Shown: positions 49,868 to 62,458 of the stretch, piece by piece | Numbering within the stretch: position 1 is the stretch's first letter | Layout: every line of letters begins with the position of its first letter | Assembly (NCBI RefSeq): GCF_001194135.2 | Contig: NC_068986.1 | Span: forward strand, 6,732,373-6,796,372 | Reading direction: 5' to 3' | DNA length: 64,000 bases | Source of the DNA: Octopus bimaculoides | Taxonomy: Eukaryota | Notes under the pieces: model-generated | The model's database searches: none | Seen by the model: only the letters and a program-made list of their open reading frames with translations | Told to the model about the DNA's origin: nothing | Program-made: the position numbers and the translations under genes

Positions 49868-50149
49868 CTAATAAATAGAATATGTAAAATGAGAACCTGT
49901 GCAATTATTTTTCAGGAAGTAAAATTCCTCAATGTCTGTTGTCTTAATATTCATTCCAGCAGGAAATTAAGAAACAAAAAAAAAAACTATTTTTATTCTG
50001 TGGAAACTGACATATTCCATCATCATCATTGTTTGGGAGATAAAACATTTGTGGGTAATGGAAAAGTTTGAAGTGGTCCCAGTTATTATTGGGGTGCTTC
50101 GTACTGTGAGCACTAGAACTGAAAACTATTAAAAAAACTTGGGAACAAC

Positions 50150-51100
50150 ATCAGGATGAGGCATTAGAATGGATGGTTTGACTGAGGAATGGAAAGCCAG
50201 AAGGCTGCACCAGGCTCCAATCTGATCTGGCAAGATTTCTACAGCTAGATGCCCTTCCTAAAGCCAACCACTCCAAGAGTGTAGTGGGTGCTTTTTACAT
50301 GCTGCTGGCACGGAAGCCAGTCAAGCATTGACCATGCTTGAATGGTGCTTTTTTTAGGTGCCAGTCGGGCAGCACTAGCACGAGCCATGACTATGATTGG
50401 TGCTTTTTATGTGCCACCGACATGGGAGCCAGTCAGACGGCACTAGCACAGGTCATGCTCGAATGGTTCTTTTTACATGCCACTGGTATGGATGCCAGTC
50501 AGGCGGTACCAGCATTCGCCATAATTACGATTTCACTTGACTCAACAGGTCTTCTCAAGCACAGCATATTGCCTGATGATTGAAGGGTACTTTTAAATGG
50601 GCCAGTTATGTGACCCTGCCATTGGCCACAGCTGTGATCTTGACTTGCCAGGTTTTCTCAATCACAGCATATCTCCAAAGGTCTCGGTTGCTTGTCATTG
50701 CCTCCCTGAGGCCCAACATTTGAAGGTTATGCTTCACCACCTCATCCCAGGTCTTCCTGGGTCTACCTCTTCAACAGGTTCCCTCCACTGTTAGGGTTTG
50801 ACACTTCTTCATATAGCTGTCCTCATCCATATGCAACACATGACCATACCAGCACAGCCATCTTACTTGCACACCACATCTGATGCTTCTTAGGGCCAAC
50901 TTTTCTCTCAGGTCGTTTACACTCTGTCGAGTCAGCAGAGTGAATTTAGTGCTTTTTATGTGGCACAAGCACAAGTGAGGTCAGTTTTGGCAAGGCTTTT
51001 ACAGCTGGATGCCCTTCCGAAAACACCAACCACTTTACAGTGTGGACTGAATGCTTTTTAAGTGGCACCTGCACTGACAAGGTCATCAAGTAACTTGCAA
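50150..51100 (-). mobile_element. RTE 3' end plus an adjacent tail fragment
   Basis: RWLCWYGHVLHMDED...VEGTC on the minus strand, with the 3' UTR and its internal repeats. Confidence 0.88.
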
Positions 51101-51637
51101 GACAAATATCTTTTGAGAGGGGATGGGGCCTTGGTGGAGGTGATCTTGTGTCAGATGGTGAGAGGTTATAGTAAGACAAAAACAGGTGTCATCGTGTAGG
51201 AGAGGTACAAGGTTACCTGGTCAGAGAGAGAGAGAGAGAGAGATCAGGAATGAGGACAGGTGTGCTGCTGTAAAGAAGATACATGGTTGCCCAATCAGAA
51301 GGAAGTGCAGGAGAGAGAGAGAGAGAGAGAGTGGGATACAGCAGGATAGAGATGATGCTGGACACACTCACAAGGGACAGGGATCAGAACATAAATAGGT
51401 TGATCAAGTAAAGGCAGAGAGAGAGAGATAAATGGTGGCAAGTGTCAGGGTAGACTCTTGAGGTTTGAATGTTATATGAAAACCAAGTACATTTCATTAT
51501 GAAATTAGCTACGTTAAGTTATTTCTTCCTTTATATTTTTAATCATTTATGAATGCAAATAATAAAACAAATGAGGTGTTCAATTATTTTGAACAAAAAA
51601 TAAAAATGAATTTCATATGGTTTTGTTTACTTCTCAC

Positions 51638-51749
51638 CTTAATGTTTCACAATTATCAACTTGTTTCAAAGGAATAAAACAACTGGAATAAATATCTTCA
51701 CCAAACATAATCTGTCTCTTGCCGGCAAGAGCACAAAAGCCAGAAGGAT
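51638..51749 (-). CDS. TCTN2: Tectonic exon, 112 nt
   Basis: attctag|AT...TTA AG|gtgag. Encodes (D)PSGFCALAGKRQIMFGEDIYSSCFIPLKQVDNCETL, compare TCTN2 [21 protein letters not shown]...ENCTQL. Not in the ORF track. Confidence 0.92.
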
Positions 51750-51939
51750 CTAGAATAATCAAAACAAAGGTTCAGGTATCATTAAAAGTTAAATTTATAA
51801 TCTTTTAACAATGAAATAAAATATCTCTGGAAATTATAAATGAATACAGAAAACAAAATAAACAATTAGAGGGGAACATTTCATACAATTTGGATTAAAC
51901 CAGTCATCAATGAGTTTTCTATTTACATCACAAACCATC

Positions 51940-53575
51940 ATTATTGTTTAATGTCCATTTTCCATGCTGTCATGGGTTGCATGGTTTGACAGGAGCTGGT
52001 CAGCTGTCCAGACTCCAATTGTCTGTTTTGGCATGGTTTCTATGGCTCAAATGGCCACCCATTTCACAGTGTGTGTGTGCTGGGGTGCCTTTTATGTGCC
52101 ACTGGTGCAGGTGTGAACACCAGCATGAGTGCACTTTACCTGGCACTGCCACCTGCAAAGGACAAGCAGGTCTGTCTGTGTGTCTGGATGGCTGCAATTT
52201 TACTTAGCTTGGTGTGTCTTCGCAAGCACAGCTAATTTCCACAACACCTGGTCCCTTGTCATCTCCCCATGAGGCCCAGCATCTAAAGATCCTTTCTCAC
52301 CACTTTGTCCTACATCTTCCTGAGTCTACCCCTTCCACAGGTTCCCTCTACAATTAGAGTTTGGCACTTCATTAAGCAACTGTCTTCACCCATAAACATC
52401 ACATGACCATACCAGCTTACTTTTACACAAGTCTAAACTGACATATCTGACATAGATCACTCTGTATTATCATCACCATCGTTTAACATCCGTTTTCCAT
52501 GCTGGTATGGAACAGTTTGATTGAGGTTTGGAGAGCCAGCGGCTGCACCGGGCTCCAATCTGATCTGGCAATGTTTCTACAGCTGGATGACCTTCGTAAC
52601 ACCAACCACGAGAGTGTAGTGGGTACTTTTTATGTGCCATCAGCACAGGAGCCAGTCAGGCGACCCTGGTATCAGTCACGTTCGGATAGTGCTTTTTTTA
52701 GTGCCACCGGCATGGGAGCCAGTCGGGGGTACTGGCATCAGTCACATTCAGATGGTGCTTTTTACATACCACCGGGATGGGAGCCAATCAGTGGGTACTG
52801 GCATTGACCACGTTCTGTATGTATAAATTATATCGATTTGTGAAGCTAGCATGCTCTGCTGGATGTTTAATGTCAGTGTGCATACACAGGGTGTAAGCGC
52901 CCTGAGAGAAAAGTTGGACATTAGAAGCATCAGATGTGGTGTGCAAGAGAGACGACTGTACTGGTATGGTCATGTGCTGCATATGGATGAGGACAGCAGT
53001 GTGAAGGAGTTACACCCTAACAGTGGAGGGAACCTGCAAAAGAGGTTGACACAGGAAGACATGAGATGAGGTGGTGAAGCATGACCTTTGAATGTTGGGC
53101 CTCACAGAGGCAATGACAAGTGACCAAGACCTTTAGAGATACGATGTCATTGAGAAAATTCGGCAAGCCAAGTGAGATCGTAGCCATAGCTGATGCCAGT
53201 GTTGCATAACTGGTCCATTTAAAATACCCTTCAATCATCAGGCAATATGCCATGCGTGAGAAAACCTCTTGCGGCCAGTGAAATCGTAGTTGTGGCTGAT
53301 GCCAGTGCTACCTGACTGGCATCCATACTAGTGGCACATAAAAAGTACCATTCGAGTGTGGTTGATGCCAGTGCCACCTGACTGGCCCCTGTACTAGCGG
53401 CCCATAAAAAGCACCCACTACACTCTCAGAGTGGTTGGCATTAGGAAGGGCATCCAGCTGTAGAAACCTTGCCAGATAAGATTGGAACGTGGTGCAGCCT
53501 CCTAGCTTGCCAGTCCTCAGTCAAACAATCCAACCCATGCCAGCATGGAAAGTAGACGTTAAATGATGATGATGA
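51940..53575. mobile_element. Three RTE 3' ends: 51940-52440 (-), 52470-52810 (-), 52850-53575 (+)
   Basis: RRLYWYGHVLHMDED ORF on the + strand. (CAT)n and (GAT)n tails define the orientations. Confidence 0.88.
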
Positions 53576-54373
53576 TCCCAATCTATTAAGTTCTGCAAGA
53601 GAGACTACTTATAAAATTCTGTAGTACAATGGTACATTTATGAATGAAGTTAGTAATTTTATGTGAAAGATGTTTTCTATATTAAAAACCAAGACAGTAT
53701 TATCAAACAAAATTAAACATTCTTAAGCATAACACTAAGGTTAACTTTAATAAAATATTACCAATCAATATGAAATAAGTTTAATTTTCTGTCAGATATT
53801 GAAATAAATAAAATTTGTCCTAATTTTGTGGTTGTGTAGCTTTGGTGTGTTCTGACAGATCCCTGATTTTGGTAATTAGTATTGACTTGAAGTTCCAATG
53901 TTTATGCTACTTGAAAATGACGCTATAGATATTGCACTCTCTTTATTCTATAGCGTGTTCCTGCTAGAATTGGCAGCCAAATATCCCTTAAACTATTCCC
54001 CACCAAAAGAGAAACATACATTGGAAAATAAAGTTGCAGTTTGATAATTTGGGATCTGGGGAAAATAGTTTTGGATGATAGCTTTGGTACATATTCTAGG
54101 AATTGTTGAGAACTGTTCTAAATGATTTGATATTATTAAGTATTACATATCACACATGCAAAATATTACAGTTTTAAAGCGAGTTAAAATAAATTTTTCA
54201 ATGAAATATAATGAAATAATAAATTTGTGATAAAACTTTATGTATAAAAAATTAATAACTTTGCTAATTATATATTAATAAGTCAAAATAAAATGAGGTG
54301 CTCCACCATGACCACAGCTGCATGGCTGAAATGAGTAAAAGAATAAATAAAAGAATAAAAGAATAAAAGATAC

Positions 54374-54484
54374 CTGGATTCCAAACAAATATTTGTTGAG
54401 TTCTGTTTTGGTCAATAAAAAGGAAGGATTTTGTGTTGTTAAGAATAGTAATTCCACTCTGAACGGGTCTGCCAGGAAGATAAC
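54374..54484 (-). CDS. TCTN2: Tectonic exon, 111 nt
   Basis: atatcag|GT TAT...CCA G|gtatc. Encodes (G)YLPGRPVQSG...QIFVWNP, completing the NPGYxxGxP motif. Confidence 0.92.
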
Positions 54485-54976
54485 CTGATATATGGAACAT
54501 TAAATGTTTTTATTTCTCTCATTGATTCTAGTGAAATGAATGAGTAGAGACAATCAAAAGAAGAAACTTACAAAACAACTGGTGATGGTATATTTTTAAA
54601 GAATGATGAAAACTTTAGGAGAAAAGACAATGTTAGTCAAGTGAATTCAACCAAACTTGTCCACAAATATAAAGTCTACTGCAAAATGTAACAAAAGATA
54701 TCAATGGGAATTTGATGGAATGCATTTTAGAAGGAATGTTTTCAAGTGTTTAATTTAAATGGGTTTCCTCATTACCACAATATGGAACCTGATGCAGCTT
54801 CTGTCAAGGCATCCAACCCATGCCAGCATAGAAAACAGACGTTAAATGATGACGCCTCATTAAACTGTACAACTAAGAGGGGAAGTGTGTCTTGGTTTAG
54901 TTGAATTTATTGATACTACAAGTTAATAATATAAGCATATATAGTACTGGAAATATAAACAACATATTACAACAGA

Positions 54977-55370
54977 GGTGCAGGAGTGGCTGTGTGGTAA
55001 GAAGCTTGCTTCCCAACCACATGGTTCCGGGTTCAGTCCCACTGCATGGCACCTTGGGCAAGTGTCTTCTATTATAGCCTTGGGCTGACAAAAGCCTTGT
55101 GAGTGGATTTGGTAGACGGAAACTGAAAGAAGCCCGTCGTATAAATATATATGTATGTATGTGTTTGTTGTTTCTGTCTGTATTTGTCCCCCCACCATTG
55201 CTCGACAACCGATGTTGGTGTGTTTATGTCCCTGGTACCTAGCGGTTCAGCAAAAAGAGACTAACAGAATAAGTACTAGGCTTACAAAGAATAAGTCCTG
55301 GGGTCGATTTATTCGACTAAAGGTGGTGCTCCAGCATGACCGCAGTCAAATGACTGAGACAAGTAAAAGA
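54977..55370 (+). mobile_element. Second tRNA-derived SINE family
   Basis: A box tggctgtgtggtaag, B box gggttcagtccc, and an internal (TA/TG) microsatellite. There is a copy at about 59283-59660 (+) and a partial head at about 4990-5085. Confidence 0.85.
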
Positions 55371-55639
55371 AAACATAGGTAAAATATGTTAACTAGATAC
55401 AAAATTATAGAAAGTCCTGTAAATGTCATATTTTTGTAATCTTTTAGTCATACAGTAACTATGGACACGTTTGCAAAATATGGTGAACAGGAAAGTGGAT
55501 ATAGTGATCCAATTACGTGTAAAAAAAAATCAGATGTAAACTTAATAATAATGCTGATGGTGGTTATAATTATTAAAACAATTAAGAGAAATGGAAAGTC
55601 AGAATAAAATGAAATTCCTGCACAAGGAGCATTTTAAAC

Positions 55640-56865
55640 AAAGCATCATCATTTAACACCCACTCTCCATGCTGGCATGGATCAGACGGTTTGGCTGGAG
55701 CTGATAAGGAAGAGAGCTGCATTAGGTTCCAGTCATATGTGGCATGATTTCTATGGCTGCCCTTCCTAACACCAACCACTCCAGGAGTGTAATGGGTGCT
55801 TTTATGTGCCATTTACAAGACACCAGTAACAACCATGAGGATTCATGCCATCAATATAGCACCAGTAACAAGCATGACTACGATGCACGGGTGCCATTTA
55901 TATGGTACTCTGACAGTGACCATGATTACGATTAATGAGTGGTGCCATTAACGGTCACAACTACGATTCATGAGTGGTGCCATTTACATGACATTGGCAC
56001 AGCCACAACTACAATTTCATTTGGTCTGATGAGTCTTCTCATGCATAGCATATTACCATAGTTCTCAGTCATCACCTCTGTGAGGTCCAACAGCCAAAGA
56101 TCATATTTCACCACTTTGTCCCAGTTCCCTCCACAGTTAAAGGTTAGCATTTCTTTACACCGCTGTCTTCATCCACACATGGCCATACCAGTGCAGTTGT
56201 CTCTCTTGCACATCACATTTGATGTTTCTTATGCCCAACTTTTCTCTCAAGACACTAACACTGTTGTACATGCACACTGACATTGCACATTCAGTGAAGC
56301 ATACCAGTTTCATTTCTTTCAAGCCTACGCATGTCATATAATCACACCTGATGGGTTATATCAATAATGGTATAAATAAATAATATATATACAAATTATG
56401 GGACAACCCAGCAACACAATAGCTCAAACAGCTGTCTTGTTTATGCTTATTAGCCATGGAGCTAATAGAGGGAAATCTACAACCATAAAGAGGCTTCTCA
56501 TATTTGATTATATTTTTTATGATAATTTTTGAAAATCCACTCAAATTAATGAATGTAAGACTAGCATATTAAATATTTTGTCAGCCCCATAATCACCATT
56601 ATTAGAAATATGGCTAGTTTCCATCAACAACAAAAAAAAGCACCATTCAAGCATGGCCGATGCCAGTACCATCTGACTAGCCCTCATACTGGTGGCACAT
56701 AAAAAGCACCCACTACACTCTTGGAGTGGTTGGCGTTAGGAAGGGCATCCAGCTGTAGAAACATTGCCAGATCAAATTGGAGCCTGGTGCAGCCTTCAGT
56801 CAAACGGTCTGACTCATGCCAGCATGGAAAATGAATGTTAAATGATGATGACGATGATGATGAAT
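55640..56865. mobile_element. RTE 3' ends: 55640-56280 (-) and 56640-56865 (+)
   Basis: ERQLHWYGHVWM remnant and the shared 3' UTR. Confidence 0.82.
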
Positions 56866-57396
56866 AGGTATGAAATGTTTTGGCATCACTGAGCTGATGC
56901 AGACTTATCTGACATCAGGCATTTTACAGTTTCTTTCGTTCTCTTCTGTATGTGTAATGCTTTTCTATTTGTATGTTTGACTCCAGGACCAAAACAAGTT
57001 AAATGTCCAGTCAGCCAAATCCTCCACATCCAAACAATTGCACCTACTTAACTCTTGTTGTTTACAACCTTATTATAGATTATATGCCTTTGCCTTTACT
57101 TTCCAAAGTATTAAAGTTTTACTTTTAATTCATAATCAAAATCCGATGCAAAATTCCTACATCCAGCAATTCATACCCTACGATCCAAGGTACTTTTGAA
57201 TGGGCTGGGGCTGGTTATGTGAAACTGGTGTAGGATACAGCCGTGAACTCACTTTATTTGCTGGGTCTTCGCAGTCACAGCATATCTCCAGAGGTCTCTG
57301 TCTTTCGTCATTGCTTCTGTGAGGCCCAACAGAGGCGATAACGAAAGACAGAGAATATGGATGTTAAAATGCTTTAATGAATTAAATCTAACTTAC

Positions 57397-58139
57397 CTGG
57401 ATTTTCTGATTGGCCATTTGGAAGTTTACTTCCAGATTGGTTATAATTGATGTAATATACTTGAAAATGTTGTGTTAAATGAGTGATGCTTTCATTTTGA
57501 CAGGTGTTATTATCATTTGATCCTGTTTTAGATACATTTCTTTCTTCCATACTTTGATTAATTTTGGATATAGAAACATTTCCCAGAATAATTGATACAT
57601 TTAAGAAAGTAATTCCTGTTTTGTTCCATGTATACTGATAATTAACTTGAAGAACAACATTATCACAAAATACTTCATTTTGCCTTTTTTTAACAGTAGG
57701 AACAGGTGGTTTTGTATAACTGTCATCCCAAGAACAACGTGTTTCAAAAAGTTTGTTTCCATTTACAGATTTATTAAACTCTTCTTTCCAATCATAGACT
57801 GCAGTGTTATAGGTTTTTACATAGGAATTTACATTTTTAGCACAGAAGTAATTAACATCAGTAAGAATATTATTAGAAGGTGCAACACAATTTGAGTCAA
57901 TTAGTGAGGTTGGCAGAACATAAGACATAGCACTTAATACAGAACTTCTTGAACAGATGTCATTGTCTATGTTAGAAGTGCAATCAGAAGTTATATTTAC
58001 AAGGTAAGGGAGAGGAGCTGATGTAATGCATTGACCAGTGAATATCTTTTGAGGTAAATAATTAGTTGCTGATGAACGACCATTATTTATCAGATTTTCA
58101 TTTCCTTCATCCAAAGAACTTTGAGGAGTATTTTTTTCT
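57397..58139 (-). CDS. TCTN2: Tectonic (TCTN2-like) large exon, 743 nt
   Basis: tttccag|A GAA...CCA G|gtaagt. Contains PQKIFTGQCITSAPLPYLVNITSDC, CDNVVLQVNYQYTW, QHFQVYY and SENPG, which are tectonic DUF1619-type motifs. Confidence 0.9.
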
Positions 58140-61100
58140 CTGGAAACAGACGAAGGAAGACAATTATACAATCCAGTAAAAATGCAATAGTTTATAAGTC
58201 AGTTTTTGTTTAATGCATATTTCCAAAAAATAAACTTGGTTTATAAGTCAGTAGTGTAAAAATATGAGAGAGAGAGAAAGAGAGAAAACCATAAGGAAAA
58301 ATTTGTTCAACATGTTAAAGGTTGCATCAAAATGCCTCAGCTAGACAAATTGTGTTTTCACTCCATTAAAATTTAGAGTTTCAGTCTCAGTAATGCTCCA
58401 ACATGTAAGAATTGAGATTGTCCATCAATTTCCAAATGTAAGGAAGTGAATTCTACCTTTACATAAAAGAATGAAGGAACTGTATGTGTTTAGTTCTCAA
58501 TGTCCTCCAGCAGATATTAATTTAGTTCTGTATGTAAGTACATTTCTGAGAGAGTTACCATTAAGTGAGCAAAACATTTTGTGACTGAAATAACATTCTG
58601 CCAGTTGGGTTGATGGAATGTTTCCATTTCTATAATACGGATTAAATTGAAGTTAACTCTAACATTATTCTTATTGCAAAGTTTATGATATTTGTGTTGC
58701 AAGAGATTTTTGTCATGAAGGATGGGAAATTTTTTTAGCTAGCCACATTGCATGCTATTCTCATGCTGTATGTGTGGCAAGTGTTAAACTAGACGAAATA
58801 TGTTTTCCTAGTTCTCTTGTACTGAGATTTGGGCTTGTTTCATGTATCTTAGTTTTTCTTTGAAACCACATATCATGCATCAATATGGGTTAGATACTTT
58901 CCTCCTGTTAAGTACTAAATATTTTATGATTGTGGAAAGATAGTTGGACCTTTAGTTTACAATTATACTGTCTTTTAGTATTTTATAGCTGTAGTGCTTG
59001 CCCATAAGTTATGACACGGTTCTTAGGTTGATGGTCATCTTTGATCCCTTAATATTGTGTATGACAAATTTGCATGACACTGTATTTGTCAGTCCTGTAC
59101 TACCTGGCCATATATGAACCATTCTTCTTCACAATCATTTTAAAAGAAGTTATAAGCTCTCCATCCTAAGGGAGAATTTTTACTCTCTTTGTCTTATTTA
59201 CTTATACCCTGTGACATACATTGTTAACATCAACCCATGTCTCTGGATTTATGTTGATTTTTCCTGGAGTTGTCTTTATTGAAACTTTCAAGTGTAGCTG
59301 TGTGAGTAAGAAGCTTGCTTCCCAATCATGTGGTTTTGGGTTCAATCCCACAGCACAGCATCTTGGGCAAATCACTCCTACTACAACTCTGGGCTGACCA
59401 AAGCCTTGTCGGTGGATCCAGTGGATGGAAAGTGAAAGAAGCCTGTCATATGTATGTATCTGTGTATGTGTCTGTGCTTGTCCCCCATCAGGACCACTTG
59501 ACAACCAATGTTGGTTTGTTCGTGTCCCCATAACTTAGAAGTTCAGCAAAAGAGACCAATAGAATAAATACCAGGCTTAAAAATCAGTACCAGAAGTGAG
59601 TTGTTAAACTAAACTCTTTACAATATGGCTGAAGTCCAATGACTGAAACAAGTATAAAAATATATCGTTCTTTGAGCAACAACATATGCAATGATTCCAT
59701 TGATAAATTAATGGCAGATATGGCTTTTGGGATAATAACCAAAGTAATATAACTATTTCTTCTGTGCAAACTTTGATGTCTGATATATATCTGTCTGATT
59801 ATTCATCAAGTGACTGGGATGAAATAATACTTGAAGAATGGTCAGACACTGCTGTCGGTCCAAAAATACCTTTTGGATTTGTCAAGGTATTTTTTTTCCC
59901 ATTTCCTACTGAGTTTTAATCAATGCAATTGCTCAACAAATTAATTTGTATATAGAACAACAAGAAGCAGACATCTTTGTTTTGACATGCATTAAAATTC
60001 GTGTATACCTGCAAATGTTATTTTGGAATGAAGTAACTCAACTTGCTTATAACAAGCTGTAAAAAGTTCAGAAAAAAACTTTTTTTGTGATGTTTAGTTC
60101 TTACTAATTACATTTATTACCAACATATTTTAATCTTTTTTTTAGTGTAGCTGCTTTTAATTATTATGTAATTAACAAACACACATGCACAACATTATTT
60201 TTGGCACAAATGACTATCTACATTTAAAAAACAAAGCAAAAACAACTAAAACTGTCAATTTTCACAATAATCTGACCCCACAAGTAAATACACTATCAGC
60301 AAATTGAATAAACAATTTTTCAGCTATTTTCTGCTCTGTCAATACAGAACTGAGCTTTTCACCTAAATTTTCAACACGAAGCTAGAAGTTAATGCTTTCC
60401 TAAACTTGTCCATGCCAAAACCATTCAGGCAGTGGAAGATTGCCAGTTCATCATTCCTATATAATCCTCTGCTGGGAGCAACTTTTGGTTTCTTTTAAGA
60501 TTATCTCAAATATATGAATCATCTAATTTAAAGACTTTAGCACCTTAAAGCTACCAATAGAAAAGTTAAAAAGTTTCTCACCTTTTTTTTCCACCTAGGA
60601 AGAGATGTTATAAACCAAGAGCAACTTACTGTAGTTCATTATTATGCTGGTGTCATTAATAATAGAAAACACTTTAGCAAATTCCAAGATTTTTTTAAGG
60701 AAGAGATATAGAAATTTTTGAGTAAAATTCCACTATATTGAACTTGCCTACTTTTCTATGCCATCAAATTGCTTTATTATAAAGCTGTGACAATTTTGTG
60801 TAAGCCTAGTTCATTTTTGACCCTTTAAGGTAATATATGGCTTATGTATTGCTAGGCATTCTACCCTAATACATATATATTTAAGAGGCTGGAAATTATG
60901 CCTTGTTGTTAATTATATTGTAAGAATTGGACTTGTATTTTTGGAAGTTTTAGTAGTTGTCTGACAGGAATTTGGAGTGGGTTGTATTATATAGTTCATG
61001 TAGATTTATTATTTTGTTGACAAATATGTGGTTTCTGTGGGTGTCGTAAATGGATATCTGATCATTTAAAAGGTTTTCAAAGCTACTGGTGTGATAGCTA

Positions 61101-61143
61101 AATGAATCAACTTGTTTTGTGTTTAATCTTTCTGAATGCCCAA

Positions 61144-61360
61144 GGTGGTGAGCTGGCAGAATCGGTAGCACGCCAGGCAAAATACTCAGCAGTATTTCGT
61201 CTGCCATTACGTTCTGAGTTCAAATTCCACCAAGGTTGACTTTGCCTTTCATCCTTTTGGAGTCGATAAATTATGTACCAGTCGCATACTGAGGTCGATG
61301 CAACTGACTAGCCCCATCCCAGAAATTTCGGTCCTTGTGCCTAGAGCAGAAAAGAATATT
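61144..61360 (+). mobile_element. tRNA-derived SINE, same family as 638-871
   Basis: Head ggtgagctggcagaatc, B box gagttcaaattcc, core gcctttcatccttttggagtcgataaa. Confidence 0.85.
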
Positions 61361-61549
61361 TCTGAATGCCCTAACCAAATTATTCCATTCAGCTTCTTGT
61401 TGGCTGAAAGATTGCACACATTGAGAGGGGGAGTAGCAAGAGAGTGAATCACCAAATTCAACTGAATTAAACTCTACTAATATGATTTAATAATCAGAGA
61501 CCCTTGCAGTAGTGGAAAAAGGGTAAATAGAAGAGGTAGCATGTGCTCA

Positions 61550-61584
<35 letters not shown>

Positions 61585-61759
61585 GGAGTAAGAAGTTGAT
61601 CTTGCTCTAGGTCAATCCTGATGAGGAGAATCATATCTGATGTGTCCTTTCCTTTTTTTTTTAATTAGAATTTTATGTAACACAATGTTACAGCTTAGCT
61701 TAGCAAGAATGAGGCATTGTAAAATTTAGTGGATATCAAAAATATCAAAATTTACATGA

Positions 61760-62200
61760 ATTATTTCCCTCACTTGAAGTGAAGGGAAGATGGAGACCGA
61801 GGAAGACATGGGATGAAGTTTTGAAGACCAATCTCAAAACACTGAACCTTATGAAAGAGGTGACAGAGAACTGAGACATGTGATGCATTGCTGCACTTGT
61901 ACTTTGTCAGCAAAATAATAAAGACCCATCCACCACAACAGAATTGAGGTCCTAAAACCAAGATGCCATGTAAAAAGCATAGATGTAGGTGCTGGTGCCA
62001 CTTAAAAAGCACCTGTGATGGTGCCATATAAAAGGTACCCAGTACACTGTGGAGTGGTTGGCATTAGGAAGGGCATCCAGCTGTAAAAACTAAGCCAAAA
62101 CAAACTGTGGAATCTGGTATGGGCCCAGGCCTTACCAGTTCCTGTCAAGCCAACTAACCCATGCTAGTATGGAAAATGGATGTTAAATGATGATGATGTG
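61760..62200. mobile_element. RTE fragments (- RT C-terminus, + 3' tail)
   Basis: Shared 3' UTR motif gagtggttggcattaggaagggcatccagctgt and a (GAT)n tail. Confidence 0.75.
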
Positions 62201-62219
62201 ACAATGAAGGAATAGGTAC

Positions 62220-62458
62220 CTGTAAGAATAAGTTTCAGACCATATTTCTCTGAAAGATGTGGGATCAAGATTAAACAGATGGTTGTTGTAGTATATACCA
62301 AGGAAAGCATTATCTTTCTTAACAACACAGAACCAAGAATTTAAATCAGAAACTATGCTCGAGGACATTTGTGTTTCACATAAGTGAGTCGAGAGAATTT
62401 GCTCTGTATCTTCTTTAGGACACTGATTCAAGTTTAATTCTTGGAAATCTTGGCAATC
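62220..62458 (-). CDS. TCTN2: Tectonic (TCTN2-like) exon, 239 nt; upstream exons lie right of the window
   Basis: tttttgtgaag|GAT...TAC AG|gtacc. Encodes DCQDF...HLCETQMSSSIVSDLNSWFCVVKKDNAFLGIYYNN, compare TCTN2 QLCSAG...DWFPFLCVQS...PFLGYFYHG. Confidence 0.8.

Noticed and set aside
52620-52810. Regularly spaced repeats as a CRISPR-like array
   Set aside because: These are degenerate tandem units inside an RTE 3' UTR in a eukaryotic intron, with no unique spacers and no cas genes.
54977-55050. tRNA genes at SINE heads (also about 61144 and 44213)
   Set aside because: A and B boxes are present, but there is no complete cloverleaf and each runs into a SINE body found in several copies.
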